Positions 1 through 10,929 of a stretch of 64,000 bases of DNA are shown piece after piece. The DNA lies in IMG/VR virus record IMGVR_UViG_3300028591_000087, positions 129,103-193,102 of that record. One strand, given 5' to 3'. The notes under the pieces were generated by a model. The model did no database searches. It was not told the DNA's origin and saw only the letters and a program-made list of their open reading frames with translations. Origin of the DNA: a virus. Its lineage: Duplodnaviria > Caudoviricetes. The translations under genes were made by a program, and so were the position numbers. Positions within the stretch are counted from its first letter, which is position 1, and each line of letters opens with the position of its first letter.

Positions 1-1708
1 CTTTAAACAATTGTTCTATCCTCTTGGCATATTTCATGCCTTCTTCATGACATTGATTAGTATTGAAAAGAATTTCAAGTGTTTCAGCTAAACCGAGCTG
101 ACCAATTACTACTGTTCCATGTTTAAGTGCGGAACGGATACCCTCTTCCGGCACGTAACCAGCCATAGTATGGTTCTCATACATGAACTGTGCGGAACGA
201 GGATCTTGTTTGCATATATACTCGAAGCGTTCAATTAGCATGTCTTTTGCTTGATCGATCTTTGAATCAAGAATTGCCATAAAAATTTCGAAGAGTGCTT
301 CCGGATCACCGTCAGCGTGTCCGTTCAGATCAGACTCAACGGCATTTTTAGCCATCATCGCAAGTGTAGGAAGAATAATGGTTACTGGACAGATGTTGCC
401 TCGACCATCTTTAAGTTGTCCAAATCCATTGATATCGAATCCATTTGCGGTTCTGCATCCCATTGTGCTGAAATAGGTTTTTGGGTCTTTCGGATCATAA
501 CCAGCGTTGCCGGACCAATCGCAATTCGCGTAGTTGGGGTAGAGTCTTTTGGCAGTTGATTTAAGGGCGAGTTTATAAAGGTCGTAGTTTGGATCTCCTG
601 GTTCACGATTGACTCCTTTCATCATTTGGAAAATTCCGCATGGGAAAATTGGTGTGCGGTGAAGTTTACCAACACCTTTAATAGATCCTTCAAGCAAAGC
701 CTTGATTACCATTCTACCTTCTGGTAGAGTGCAAGTTCCATAATTGATAGAAGTAAATGGAAGTTGATTTCCGCTTCTTGATTGAAGAGTATTTAAATTA
801 TGATACATACCTTCTACTGCTTGTTGAAGTTCGCGTTCAGTCATATCCATTGCATAATTATAGCACTTTTCACCATATGATTTAGCATCTGGCGAATCAA
901 TTCCTGGAACCTCATATTTAGGATCATATAATTTTACATCATAGTTATCTTTTCCAATAGCACCTTCTATATACATTAAGCCATCACGCATATGCTTCCA
1001 GAAACTTTTTCTTACATAAGGTACCATAGTCCAGTCTAAATGACTGGCGCTCACACCGCCGAATTGTTGCAAACTTTGAAGCTGAAAAATTACAGCGATA
1101 AGTTGAAATGCAGTGTTAATACTGCGTGCAGGTCTAACGTCAGTTTGACGAGTGTTGAATCCTTTTGCAAGTAAATCATCAAAAGGAATAGTTAAACAGT
1201 TATGCATACCTACCGCATAAGCGTCAAGATCGTGAATATAAATCATATTATTTTCGTGATTTTCTTTCGCCATATCACTCATACAATAGTTAAGTGCATA
1301 TTCTTTCATAACCGCAGAATCAGTTTCACCTTTACGTCCACCAAATGAATACTCGTCAACGTTCGCATTCTGATTCTGTACATTGGTTGCTTCAATTTTA
1401 TCTTTTAGTTTAAGGAAGAAATCATCACGTTGTTCACGAATAACCTCTTTCTTGTAACGATACCGCACATATTTGCGGGCAGTCTTAGGATCATATTTCA
1501 TCAAGAACTCTTCAACTTTATCTTGGATTTCTTCAACTGAAATATCATAAGCCTCATTCTCTTCTTCCATATAAGTAACAATATCTTCTACGTAAGGAGG
1601 GTATGGTTTATCTGGGGTATACTCTGGATCCCAGTATGCTTTTGCAATAGCTACGCGGATTTTGTTACCATCGAACTCGACTTTTCGTCCATCACGTTTT
1701 GTAATCAA
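1..1708 (-). CDS. nrdD: Anaerobic (class III) ribonucleoside-triphosphate reductase with N-terminal ATP cone; runs off the window
   Basis: Manual translation from TTG at 1708 after GGAGG: ITKRDGRKVEFD (ATP cone), TPIFPCGIFQ, MGCRT, DGRGNICP, GQLGLAE. Absent from the ORF track because no stop lies in the window. Confidence 0.93.
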   Translation of the reverse strand, partial: MITKRDGRKVEFDGNKIRVAIAKAYWDPEYTPDKPYPPYVEDIVTYMEEENEAYDISVEEIQDKVEEFLMKYDPKTARKYVRYRYKKEVIREQRDDFFLKLKDKIEATNVQNQNANVDEYSFGGRKGETDSAVMKEYALNYCMSDMAKENHENNMIYIHDLDAYAVGMHNCLTIPFDDLLAKGFNTRQTDVRPARSINTAFQLIAVIFQLQSLQQFGGVSASHLDWTMVPYVRKSFWKHMRDGLMYIEGAIGKDNYDVKLYDPKYEVPGIDSPDAKSYGEKCYNYAMDMTERELQQAVEGMYHNLNTLQSRSGNQLPFTSINYGTCTLPEGRMVIKALLEGSIKGVGKLHRTPIFPCGIFQMMKGVNREPGDPNYDLYKLALKSTAKRLYPNYANCDWSGNAGYDPKDPKTYFSTMGCRTANGFDINGFGQLKDGRGNICPVTIILPTLAMMAKNAVESDLNGHADGDPEALFEIFMAILDSKIDQAKDMLIERFEYICKQDPRSAQFMYENHTMAGYVPEEGIRSALKHGTVVIGQLGLAETLEILFNTNQCHEEGMKYAKRIEQLFK

Positions 1709-1762
1709 AATATAACCTCCTCTATGGGTTGTATAATATATTTGAAAATTAAACTATATATA

Positions 1763-2338
1763 TTATTCACCCATGACCTTGGATACATCATTTAGTATAT
1801 ACTTAAAGCATCGCACCATATCTTGGTCTGATTCATTCCAAAGACTGGTTAGATCTTTATCTTCATCTAACAATTCAAAATCTTCTTCATCAGCTTGAAA
1901 GCGACGTACAATTTCATGTACATCAGGATCTTCTTCTCTATTAAGACTTCTTAATAAGCGAGTCTTATCTCTACATCGAATCCAATAGGGCATCAATATA
2001 ATATCTGAATCATACTTAACTGTTTCCTTCAAACAGTCATAACCTTCTGGATTCCATACACCTACATTAATTCCATCAACTAATGAAGATTTCATTGTGC
2101 CGTAATGCCAATCATTAAAATATGTAGCTTCAAGCATTTCGCCATTTATAACCTTTTCCGCAAACTGTTCCGGAGTCAAGAAGTAATAACTCTCTCCTTC
2201 TCTTTCTTTCTCTCTCTTAGGACGAGTTGTGCAGGAAACCACATTATGCCAGCCTGGTTGTTTGGACAGTAGGAGAGCTATACTGTCCTTGCCGGCTGCG
2301 CTTTTTCCAATTAAACAAACTATTATTTTACGCGACAT
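1763..2338 (-). CDS. gmk: Guanylate kinase-like nucleotide kinase
   Basis: GKSAAGKD P-loop; TTRPKREKEREGESYYF motif. Confidence 0.85.
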   Translation of the reverse strand: MSRKIIVCLIGKSAAGKDSIALLLSKQPGWHNVVSCTTRPKREKEREGESYYFLTPEQFAEKVINGEMLEATYFNDWHYGTMKSSLVDGINVGVWNPEGYDCLKETVKYDSDIILMPYWIRCRDKTRLLRSLNREEDPDVHEIVRRFQADEEDFELLDEDKDLTSLWNESDQDMVRCFKYILNDVSKVMGE

Positions 2339-5300
2339 CTTCTTCGCTCTCTCCTTGTGCTCTTTCACTTCTCAGAACTATGCTACCGTTAGCAAATATC
2401 TCATCAATTTTATATAATTGATGTCCAGGAGTTCCACTATACTTTTTGCTCACAAATTCAGTACCACGGCGTAATCCTGTTACTACGAGCATACTTCCTC
2501 TCTTAAACCAAGATCTTTCAACTATTTGTTTCGTTCCATCCGCTCTGCGCTGACTAATTTGTCGATCAAACATTGCGAAAAACTCTTTTGTGAACTTAAC
2601 TGTGATAACGCTATTATCTGATGCCAATAGGGTAACAGTTGACTTCATTTTATTCTTCGCTATAACTGTCCCGCAAATGCGCGCCAGCTTATAGATCGGA
2701 ATGTGACCGCGCCACAAACTCTCAACCAGAGGCTCTTCCGGCAACTGACTGTAATCAATCAATCCATATTTCCTCTTGTTTACATTTGCAAGTTCATGTT
2801 CATGGTCGTAGAAACACATAACTTCCATTTCCCAACTTGAATAATTACCCTTTGCGTATTTATCCCAATCAGCCACAAAGATTTCTTTATTCAATCTATA
2901 AAGAACTTCATCCTGATTATTCTTCATCCATTCGCGCACTTTATCCATTTCAACCTGGTATACTTTATCCCACGTCTTGCAATTCAACAACAGATTTCCA
3001 TCTATTGGGATATCATATCTACCATTTATGAAGTTCAATGCTCTATCATCTAATACGAAGAAATCTCCTCGTTTACATTTATCTTTCAGATATCTATTAA
3101 ATTCAAATACCTTTCTTTGTTCATTCAATTCATCTGGCAACATATTTCTTTGAATCAAACCATTCATATTCTGTAACGTGATTCTCTTTTTACGATCACA
3201 CGTTGCATATATATATTTCGCCATTATATGTTTTCTTTCATCAAACTTATCAAATGCGCCAGACTTAATCAAAGATATCATTGGCTGTTTGCCTAACCGC
3301 ACTTTTCCGCAGAACTGTTCAAATGATATATAAGGACGATTATCAATTATCTGAGCGATAACATCCTCACCCACATTTAACAATCCTTTCATACCAAACA
3401 TAATTGCATTTTCCTTTACATTCGGTGTGAATCCATATTCTGAGACATTTATGTCAATCGGCAGAACCTTAATTCCACGACCTTTAATATCATTTACTGC
3501 CTTTGCGATCTTTCCATAGTTTGTTTGTCCTTTTTCTTCCGGATCGACAGCTCCACTATTGACAATCAAACAAGCTGAGTTCCAATATACTGGGCTAAAT
3601 TGTGTTGCCAATATAATTGTCTGAATACCTACGAAGCTATAAGGCAAACTATGATTCAAACTAAATGCATATCCTAACTGTGGGCGAACCGCAATTTCCC
3701 AGATATAATCCGCATTTGCGCCAACCGCATCATATACCTTTTGCTTCAACTCTGGGATTCTCTTTTGTTGCTTTTTCGCCACAATCTTTCTTGCATCATT
3801 CGCATCTTTCAATGAGAACTTTGCTATATCTGGATCCATCAGAATCTGCATCATTTGCTCTTGGATTGCACAACATCCATAATACGTGTCACAATACTTA
3901 TGCATTGCTTCACGCATCTTGTCGGGCAATCCACTTCTCTGCATTTCAATATCAAATAATCTAATTCCGCCATCTCTGATCCGCACATATCTATCTTGCT
4001 GGCTCTCCACACCAGGTTCAGACATCAAACGAATCATTGCATTGGCTGCTGTCATTTCAAGAGGATTCGTTGCTTTAATCATCTTAGCCATTGCCAATCC
4101 AACACCACTGTTAAACTGGAACACATCCAATACGTCACCTTTTGCAAGATGATCCCAAATCTTTTGATCTGTTGTGTCAATATGTTCCGGATGAAGATAT
4201 TCATCATAAAATGATCTTAAATCCATATCTGGGATTTCTTTATTTGATTTCAAAAGTTTATAACACTCAATGATTTTATCACAAACTTCTGTTACCAAGA
4301 AGTCATATTTTGTGTCGCCGGCTGCCTCAGCCATGTGAAGATCATAACACGTTGTTAAATCTCCATCTTTACCTCTCATAATCGCAGCCGTATCATACAA
4401 AGTTGCGGGATCATATAAAATTGTGCCAGATGCGTGGATACCTCTTGACTTAACTATTCCTTCAATGTTTATTATAATATCTGCTAATCCAGGATATTTC
4501 GCCAATTCTGTTATCATTGCCGGAACTGGACGTTTACCTAAAACTTCATTTCCCTTCATACAATCCTCAAAAGAATAGATAATTCCACGAGGTTGCGGAA
4601 TTAATGTTGTAATATAGTTTGCAATATCAACATCAATTCCATCCGGGAACTCTTCACTTCTATATCCACGACAAGCTGTTTGAATCGCACTTCTTGTCGC
4701 TTCTGTGCCGAATGTAACAACCTGCACCAAACCCAACTCGCCACGTTCTTCTCTGATCTTCTCAAAGATCAACGGACGAATACTTGATGCCAAGTCAATA
4801 TCAATATCTGGCAATTCCGCACGTTCCATATTCAAAAATCTCCAATATGGAAGTCCCCATTTTATTGGATCTAATTGCGTAATACCAAGAAGATAATTAC
4901 TAAGAAAGCCAGTAGCACTTCCGCGTCCAGGACCAACAATAGACCCGCATTCCCAGAAAAGGTCAATATAGTGTTTAAAAGTATTAAAATAAGCAAAAAG
5001 ACACGTACCAAGTCGGTCACCAATATGTCTAATAACTCTTGCTTCTTGCTCTATTCTATCTACATAATCTTCATGTTCGTTCCACACCCCAATCTTCTCC
5101 TGAAGAGCGTCCCAAACATCATTAATCCATTGACGCTCTTGAGGTTCGTTGGATACGAACAGACTGCCGATTGTACTATAACATCCATCCTTAAAATCAT
5201 CTGCATACTGGGTATTATTTCCCCACCATGCAAATGGCTTTGGAGGATTAATTTCTACGGTCGGTATTCTCTGATTCTTCAACAGAGAATAATCCTGTAT

Positions 5301-6185
5301 ACTATTTTTCATATCAATGGAAAACTCGAACATTCTGTCAATCCATTCATCTTCAAAAGAAGCCCTTAAATGTTCACGACATTCGTCCTCGCTCATAAGA
5401 TATGCATAACGATAGAATGCATCAGTCTCTCTGTCTCCATCCTTGGATTTCAGATAAGCCTCATGCGCGAACCGCAAATCTTTACTTAGATAATGACTAT
5501 CTGTGCCGGGAATCATTTTCAATCCCCATTGCTCTGCACATTCTTTTAACATTTTATTGGCAATAATCTGATCATCATATTCAGCTGGGGCGCACTCGAT
5601 ATAAAAATCATCCTTGCCAAATGTATCAATACAAAATTGTAAGAACTCATCAATTGATTTTTCATTCAATGAATCCTTAATTCCTGCGGTCATGCTCAAA
5701 TGCTTTTGCAATAATCTCGACGACAATTCACCACCAAGACATGCAGTTGTTCCAATTACATGACCTTTATATTCTTTCATCACTTCCGCAAGTTCGCTCT
5801 TTAATGTTGGAACTCTCTCTTGAAACCAATCATATTTATTATACCATGCTTTAGAACTTAGAATGCGGAGTGCCTTATGTCCTAATTCATCTTTTGCAAT
5901 CAAGATAAAATGATAATATACTTGACGCTGTTCTCTTGTGTCTGTTAGATAAATCTCATTACCTAATGCCACTTTGAAGTCGGGATATTTTTCTTTTATC
6001 TCTTGTGCATATTTATTCACTTCAATGTGACAACATAACGCTTCATGATCTGTGATTGCAATACCAGAAAGACCTAATTGAATAGCTCTGTCAATTAGGT
6101 CTTTGGGTTTGTTAATAGAATCAATCAAACGGATGTTGCTATACATGGTGTGATTATGATCATTGAAAAACGCCATGATAAACAA
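2328..6185 (-). CDS. dnaE: DNA polymerase III alpha subunit (PHP + polymerase + OB)
   Basis: HNHTMYS/ITDHE PHP motifs, GPGRGS, PDIDID, GYAFSLNH; 1285 aa with no in-frame TAG. Confidence 0.95.
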   Translation of the reverse strand: MFIMAFFNDHNHTMYSNIRLIDSINKPKDLIDRAIQLGLSGIAITDHEALCCHIEVNKYAQEIKEKYPDFKVALGNEIYLTDTREQRQVYYHFILIAKDELGHKALRILSSKAWYNKYDWFQERVPTLKSELAEVMKEYKGHVIGTTACLGGELSSRLLQKHLSMTAGIKDSLNEKSIDEFLQFCIDTFGKDDFYIECAPAEYDDQIIANKMLKECAEQWGLKMIPGTDSHYLSKDLRFAHEAYLKSKDGDRETDAFYRYAYLMSEDECREHLRASFEDEWIDRMFEFSIDMKNSIQDYSLLKNQRIPTVEINPPKPFAWWGNNTQYADDFKDGCYSTIGSLFVSNEPQERQWINDVWDALQEKIGVWNEHEDYVDRIEQEARVIRHIGDRLGTCLFAYFNTFKHYIDLFWECGSIVGPGRGSATGFLSNYLLGITQLDPIKWGLPYWRFLNMERAELPDIDIDLASSIRPLIFEKIREERGELGLVQVVTFGTEATRSAIQTACRGYRSEEFPDGIDVDIANYITTLIPQPRGIIYSFEDCMKGNEVLGKRPVPAMITELAKYPGLADIIINIEGIVKSRGIHASGTILYDPATLYDTAAIMRGKDGDLTTCYDLHMAEAAGDTKYDFLVTEVCDKIIECYKLLKSNKEIPDMDLRSFYDEYLHPEHIDTTDQKIWDHLAKGDVLDVFQFNSGVGLAMAKMIKATNPLEMTAANAMIRLMSEPGVESQQDRYVRIRDGGIRLFDIEMQRSGLPDKMREAMHKYCDTYYGCCAIQEQMMQILMDPDIAKFSLKDANDARKIVAKKQQKRIPELKQKVYDAVGANADYIWEIAVRPQLGYAFSLNHSLPYSFVGIQTIILATQFSPVYWNSACLIVNSGAVDPEEKGQTNYGKIAKAVNDIKGRGIKVLPIDINVSEYGFTPNVKENAIMFGMKGLLNVGEDVIAQIIDNRPYISFEQFCGKVRLGKQPMISLIKSGAFDKFDERKHIMAKYIYATCDRKKRITLQNMNGLIQRNMLPDELNEQRKVFEFNRYLKDKCKRGDFFVLDDRALNFINGRYDIPIDGNLLLNCKTWDKVYQVEMDKVREWMKNNQDEVLYRLNKEIFVADWDKYAKGNYSSWEMEVMCFYDHEHELANVNKRKYGLIDYSQLPEEPLVESLWRGHIPIYKLARICGTVIAKNKMKSTVTLLASDNSVITVKFTKEFFAMFDRQISQRRADGTKQIVERSWFKRGSMLVVTGLRRGTEFVSKKYSGTPGHQLYKIDEIFANGSIVLRSERAQGESEEDVA

Positions 6186-6208
6186 TTCCTTTCTTTCATT
6201 CTATATAT

Positions 6209-6237
6209 ATTATATCATTTTTTTATATAAAAATCAA
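6209..6237 (-). promoter_or_regulatory. SigmaA/sigma70-type promoter for dnaE
   Basis: TTGATT-17 nt-TATAAT with extended -10 TG. Confidence 0.8.
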
Positions 6238-7421
6238 ACGTGAAAATTCTTAACAATGATCAACTTTTGCGCAGCCCGTGTAGTCGCTGTATAGAGCCAT
6301 CGCGCATGATCCTCTCTGGTTTCACCTTTTAAAAACTCTTCCAACACAATCACTTTATTAAATTCACTACCTTGTGATTTATGACAAGTAATTGCATATC
6401 CGTAATCAAACTCATGCGGATGAAAGATTTTTGGAATCTTTTTCCAATTACTATTGTATCCTCTTGTTACAGTTGTTTCACCTTCGGTTAATAGCTTATA
6501 GTCAACCTCAATTCCGCAGAATGTATCGGCATCATCATAGTCCGGCATAAAGTCAATTATAGGAGTACGTTTCATCCATGGATTTTCTTTTGGACCTTCT
6601 CCATATTCAATACCGATTAATTTTCCAGTTAATCCATTAACAAGAGCGTCACCATTCATATTGGTAATTTCCCAATCATTGCGCAAACATATAAGCCTGT
6701 CGCCTACAATAGGTTCTGGCGAATATTCATCAAGCCAGATTGTGCGACGCATTTTATCGTTAATCAATCGGCGTGTATCGTTCTTCCCGCATATTATCTG
6801 ATCCGCCCAAAAGAAGAAACCCTGTTTTAAAATTTCATTTCGATCTACTATTCGTACCTCTTGACCCATCTGATACTTTAACGGATTACCGGCACGAATA
6901 TCCATTGTAAGCTGAATGATTTCACTTTCCGCAGCCTGGCGCATAACTTCATCGAGAAATACGTGCGGGTGCACAAGTGCATCATTCATTTCAGCGGCGA
7001 CCGGAGGCAACTGACCTGGATCGCCAAGAGCAATAACATGGACTCCATAGAACAACAATTGATCCCACATTTTCTTAGGAAGCATAGAAATCTCATCAAC
7101 AACAATAAGACGATATGGAGCAAGTGTTTCAACAGGAACATGAATGAAAGTGCCATCATTACGAGGATGTGATTTATACAATAATTTATGTGCAGTCATT
7201 GCATTCTGACAACCTTTTGATCTAAGTACCTGCGCGGCTTTGCCTGTGTATGCAATATATGCCACTAACGCTGGATCTATATCTAATGCTGCAATGATAA
7301 AACGAATAAGGGTAGATTTTCCTACCCCTGCATAACCGGCAATTACTGTATAAGGTTCGTGGTTGTTATATCGTTCGATCGCTATCTTCAATCCTTGCTC
7401 TTGCTTTGCTGTAAGTATCAT
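6234..7421 (-). CDS. RecD/Dda-like SF1B helicase
   Basis: GYAGVGKST, VVDEISM, GDPGQLPPV, YAITCHKSQGSEF. Confidence 0.9.
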   Translation of the reverse strand: MILTAKQEQGLKIAIERYNNHEPYTVIAGYAGVGKSTLIRFIIAALDIDPALVAYIAYTGKAAQVLRSKGCQNAMTAHKLLYKSHPRNDGTFIHVPVETLAPYRLIVVDEISMLPKKMWDQLLFYGVHVIALGDPGQLPPVAAEMNDALVHPHVFLDEVMRQAAESEIIQLTMDIRAGNPLKYQMGQEVRIVDRNEILKQGFFFWADQIICGKNDTRRLINDKMRRTIWLDEYSPEPIVGDRLICLRNDWEITNMNGDALVNGLTGKLIGIEYGEGPKENPWMKRTPIIDFMPDYDDADTFCGIEVDYKLLTEGETTVTRGYNSNWKKIPKIFHPHEFDYGYAITCHKSQGSEFNKVIVLEEFLKGETREDHARWLYTATTRAAQKLIIVKNFHV

Positions 7422-7635
7422 TCTCTTTGTTCTCCAATACCCAATCTAAAATACTTCTTATTTGTTTTAATTCATCTATTGACAATTCTAACCACTGAAA
7501 GCTTTCTGGAATAGCGATGATTTTTATACCCATATCATGAGTCATTTCATCAACCTGTTGAACGATATCTCGTATTTGATTTATATCAAACTTCCACAGT
7601 GGATACTGTAATAAAATGTATTTTTTATCTTCCAT
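7366..7635 (-). CDS. Hypothetical protein
   Basis: ORF co-oriented within the operon. Confidence 0.55.
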   Translation of the reverse strand: MEDKKYILLQYPLWKFDINQIRDIVQQVDEMTHDMGIKIIAIPESFQWLELSIDELKQIRSILDWVLENKENDTYSKARARIEDSDRTI

Positions 7636-7661
7636 AATAATACCATAACTTTCTTATGTTG

Positions 7662-9398
7662 TCAAAAATCCCAAGATGATACTGTTTCGAAGAAATAATC
7701 AATAATCTTTATTTGCGGATATTCACCATTCCAGTCATTAATTTCGCAAGTACCAATAACTGTAATAGTTTTATCCAAAAGATTTTCATATTCTTCAATA
7801 TTACTACCAAACTTAATAATTGAAGTTTGTTTTGGTTTAAGATCTATTCTTAATGTGCCTTTTTGCAATAAATTAACCGCAATAGGATCACTTAGTTTTA
7901 TATGTTCAATTGCAACAATTGGTTCTGGAACGCCTTGACCCCACACATCTTTATAACGCGCAATATCAATAATTGTGGAATCAAAATCATCAGCCATTGT
8001 CCAAATAAAATCTACTTCGTATACTTTTTCAAAAATTGTTGTGCCGAAATCTTCTCTTACCTTATTTTTAAACCGCTCCAACCCATCAGGAGTAAAACTG
8101 ACGCCAAATGCCATAGCATGACCTTGAGCAAAAATGGCGCAGCCAGATTGAACAATATAATCACGCCAATTTCCAACCCCAGCAGTATTAAACCCTCTTC
8201 CGCTACCCAACCATCTAATTTCCCCAGTATCGCAATCCACGCATTGGTTAAGAATGAGGGTTGGCTTACTGTACGTAGCCATAATGCTGTTAGCAACAAG
8301 CCCAGTAATACCTCTAATAGGATCATCATCAGAAACTCCCTTGTTTTGAATAATAATTAATGGTTCATCAGCAAGTTTATATTTCTCAATTTTATCATAC
8401 ATTTCTTCAAGCAATTTCTTCTTTTCATCATCTTGATGACGTTTTACATTAGAAGCGTGTCGAACTGCTTGAACTACTCTAAGTTCTTCATCGTCTTTTT
8501 TAGCACCACGCTTATCACTTGGAATGAGTTGACCAGCTTTCCAAGAGAGCATAGATTCAAATACTAATAATTTATCTTCGTCACTACCAATACGGGTCAC
8601 CGCATTAATAAATGGAACAATATACCAGGCAACTGAATGCGGATTAAACTTACTTTTCATTGAAAATTCATTCTTATCCGCAAGATATACAAAGAATGGA
8701 TTGTTTACTTGCTTAAATCCTTCTGTTATATAATAATTAGTTTCTGGTGACCGCATATCCATCATATCACCGGTTAAACCGAGGGCAACGAGATCGAGGT
8801 AATATGATACGGCTCCTTCTTTTCGTTGTAGCCTATCCATACATTGTAAGGTCTTATATACCACACCAACTCCGGAGAGGGTTTTATTGGCATACCCAGA
8901 AAGCTGATTGTTGACAATAATCGCAGGATCGCCGGTAATATCTCTATCGGTTTCATGGTGGTCCAAAACGATGACATCCACTCCTCTCTCGGCAAGATTT
9001 TCATGTATCTCTCTTTCATTGCTGGAAGAATCTGGAGCGATAACCAATGTGCATCCTTCGGGAATATCATCAACGTTAATACCGTGAAGCTTCGCTTTGT
9101 GCAATCCATAATGCCAGTTTCGTTCCACTGTTGCTGGGGCGATGTCGTGCATATAGTTGAGCAACAGGGCTGAAGATGTGTATCCATCACAATCACTATC
9201 CACCTGTATATAAACTGTCTCTTGGCGCACGAGTGCTTTTAACATACGTCTCGCAGCCTGTTCTGTGTTATCTAAATCATAACAATCTAATTGATCATTT
9301 TCTGATGGATTCAAAAAATGCCAATCAGTATCTCTTAAATATAAAACACGGGATATAGGATCTAATCCTTCGCCGCCTTTTCTTAATTTAATCTCCAT
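7662..9398 (-). CDS. recJ: RecJ-like ssDNA exonuclease (DHH family)
   Basis: DSDCDG, LDHH, GSGRG, QGHAMAFG. Confidence 0.9.
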   Translation of the reverse strand: MEIKLRKGGEGLDPISRVLYLRDTDWHFLNPSENDQLDCYDLDNTEQAARRMLKALVRQETVYIQVDSDCDGYTSSALLLNYMHDIAPATVERNWHYGLHKAKLHGINVDDIPEGCTLVIAPDSSSNEREIHENLAERGVDVIVLDHHETDRDITGDPAIIVNNQLSGYANKTLSGVGVVYKTLQCMDRLQRKEGAVSYYLDLVALGLTGDMMDMRSPETNYYITEGFKQVNNPFFVYLADKNEFSMKSKFNPHSVAWYIVPFINAVTRIGSDEDKLLVFESMLSWKAGQLIPSDKRGAKKDDEELRVVQAVRHASNVKRHQDDEKKKLLEEMYDKIEKYKLADEPLIIIQNKGVSDDDPIRGITGLVANSIMATYSKPTLILNQCVDCDTGEIRWLGSGRGFNTAGVGNWRDYIVQSGCAIFAQGHAMAFGVSFTPDGLERFKNKVREDFGTTIFEKVYEVDFIWTMADDFDSTIIDIARYKDVWGQGVPEPIVAIEHIKLSDPIAVNLLQKGTLRIDLKPKQTSIIKFGSNIEEYENLLDKTITVIGTCEINDWNGEYPQIKIIDYFFETVSSWDF

Positions 9399-10501
9399 TA
9401 AACATTCACTCTATTCTTATACAATTCTTTAAATACATCTGGTCCTTTATCAATCGGACTATCTTTATATCCCAATTTGTTCTTCGTATCAAGTATAAAA
9501 CTTATATTGACAAATCCAGAGTATTTGAGATTGATCGCACGAAGGTTCTTAGTCCAATGCTCATATTCTGCATCACCTAACTTTTGATACTGTCTATCAA
9601 AAGCAATTATAATTTCCTTGGCTCCGCACTCAATCAATTTAGTTATTTGCCAGTAGCTAACTGCGCTACCACAACAAGCAACAGATATATCGCTATCTTT
9701 TCCGAAATAACTTCTATAAAGCAAACAGGATTTTTCTCCTTCAAATACGATTGCTTTATGAAATTTTCCTATATTTTGCTTACTATTGTTTAAGTTATAA
9801 AGATTTAATCCAAGAGGATGGTTATACATTTGTCCATTTAATATCATTGGACGATATTTACCATATAGTTCTGCTTCTTCTTTTCCAAGAGTACGACCAC
9901 GTAAACCAATAAATCCACCATTTTCATCGAAGTGCGGAATAGTTATCTGATCTGTTGATGGACAGAAACCAATCCACGCATCTTTGAGGATTTCATTGGT
10001 CATTCCCTCGTCCAACCAATCACCAATCCGAGGATAGCAAAGACGATCAAGAATATGATAATCATATGTTTTTAACTCAATTCTCTTTTGATCTTCTGGC
10101 AGGACTTTTATGCGTGCGTACTTATCGAAGACACCCATGTCTGGAAGTCCTCCAAAGTCATCTTCTGTGTCAATATATTCTCCAGAGATTCCGAATTTTT
10201 GGGCCACATATCTAACTCCGTTGTACAATGCCCATTCGGATCCTGGATTTGTAAGGTTATGGACTTTACATACCAATTCGAATATATCGAAGGTAGCATC
10301 GCAGCCAGTATAGCATCGAAACAGTCTTGTGTTTTCATAATAGTATAACTTATGGCTCCCTTCTCCTGGATGATTATGACAAATGGTGCCCGCAATAAAA
10401 CCAAATGATGTTTCTTGCGGGTCACCGCCGAAATCACGGACTAAATCTTCAACCATATCAGTAGTTAATTGTTCCTTGATTTCATCTTTGTCAAATTTCA
10501 T
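9398..10501 (-). CDS. DNA primase (Zn finger + TOPRIM)
   Basis: CHN..CYTGC Zn finger, GLRGR, VFEGEKS, AFDRQ; lies next to the DnaB-like helicase. Confidence 0.85.
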   Translation of the reverse strand: MKFDKDEIKEQLTTDMVEDLVRDFGGDPQETSFGFIAGTICHNHPGEGSHKLYYYENTRLFRCYTGCDATFDIFELVCKVHNLTNPGSEWALYNGVRYVAQKFGISGEYIDTEDDFGGLPDMGVFDKYARIKVLPEDQKRIELKTYDYHILDRLCYPRIGDWLDEGMTNEILKDAWIGFCPSTDQITIPHFDENGGFIGLRGRTLGKEEAELYGKYRPMILNGQMYNHPLGLNLYNLNNSKQNIGKFHKAIVFEGEKSCLLYRSYFGKDSDISVACCGSAVSYWQITKLIECGAKEIIIAFDRQYQKLGDAEYEHWTKNLRAINLKYSGFVNISFILDTKNKLGYKDSPIDKGPDVFKELYKNRVNV

Positions 10502-10511
10502 TTTAAACTCC

Positions 10512-10769
10512 TTATGCGGTCATTACATCTTCAAGCATTGCCGGAGTGCGTGGACCTGTTATAGCCTCGTCTTCCAGCACAAGGGAGGTTACATAACCCA
10601 ACAGACCATAAGTCTGATTAATGTAGTCCATAGCAAACTGGAACTTATCACCCTTCACGTCCTTAGTCAGATCCTCAAACGTGCGACGGGGCATAATATA
10701 TTCCAGTTCACGACCCCAAAACATCTTCTTACCTCTGTTTACACCCTTGTTCTTTTTCTGCTTTGCCAT
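10512..10769 (-). CDS. Hypothetical protein
   Basis: ORF within the operon. Confidence 0.55.
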   Translation of the reverse strand: MAKQKKNKGVNRGKKMFWGRELEYIMPRRTFEDLTKDVKGDKFQFAMDYINQTYGLLGYVTSLVLEDEAITGPRTPAMLEDVMTA

Positions 10770-10929
10770 TTTCTTGTTCTACTCCCATCATATTTTTTAT
10801 TAATCTTTTTGAATATTTTAAACCAGCAGTCCAACGTGGGTCAACTGGCAATTCTTCCGCAGCCACTGCATCAATTAATTTTAATGCATCTTCACCACAT
10901 ATGTAATGTTTTCCTTCGTAATAAATCAT
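10729..10929 (-). CDS. Hypothetical protein
   Basis: ATGA overlap with the helicase stop. Confidence 0.5.
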   Translation of the reverse strand: MIYYEGKHYICGEDALKLIDAVAAEELPVDPRWTAGLKYSKRLIKNMMGVEQENGKAEKEQGCKQR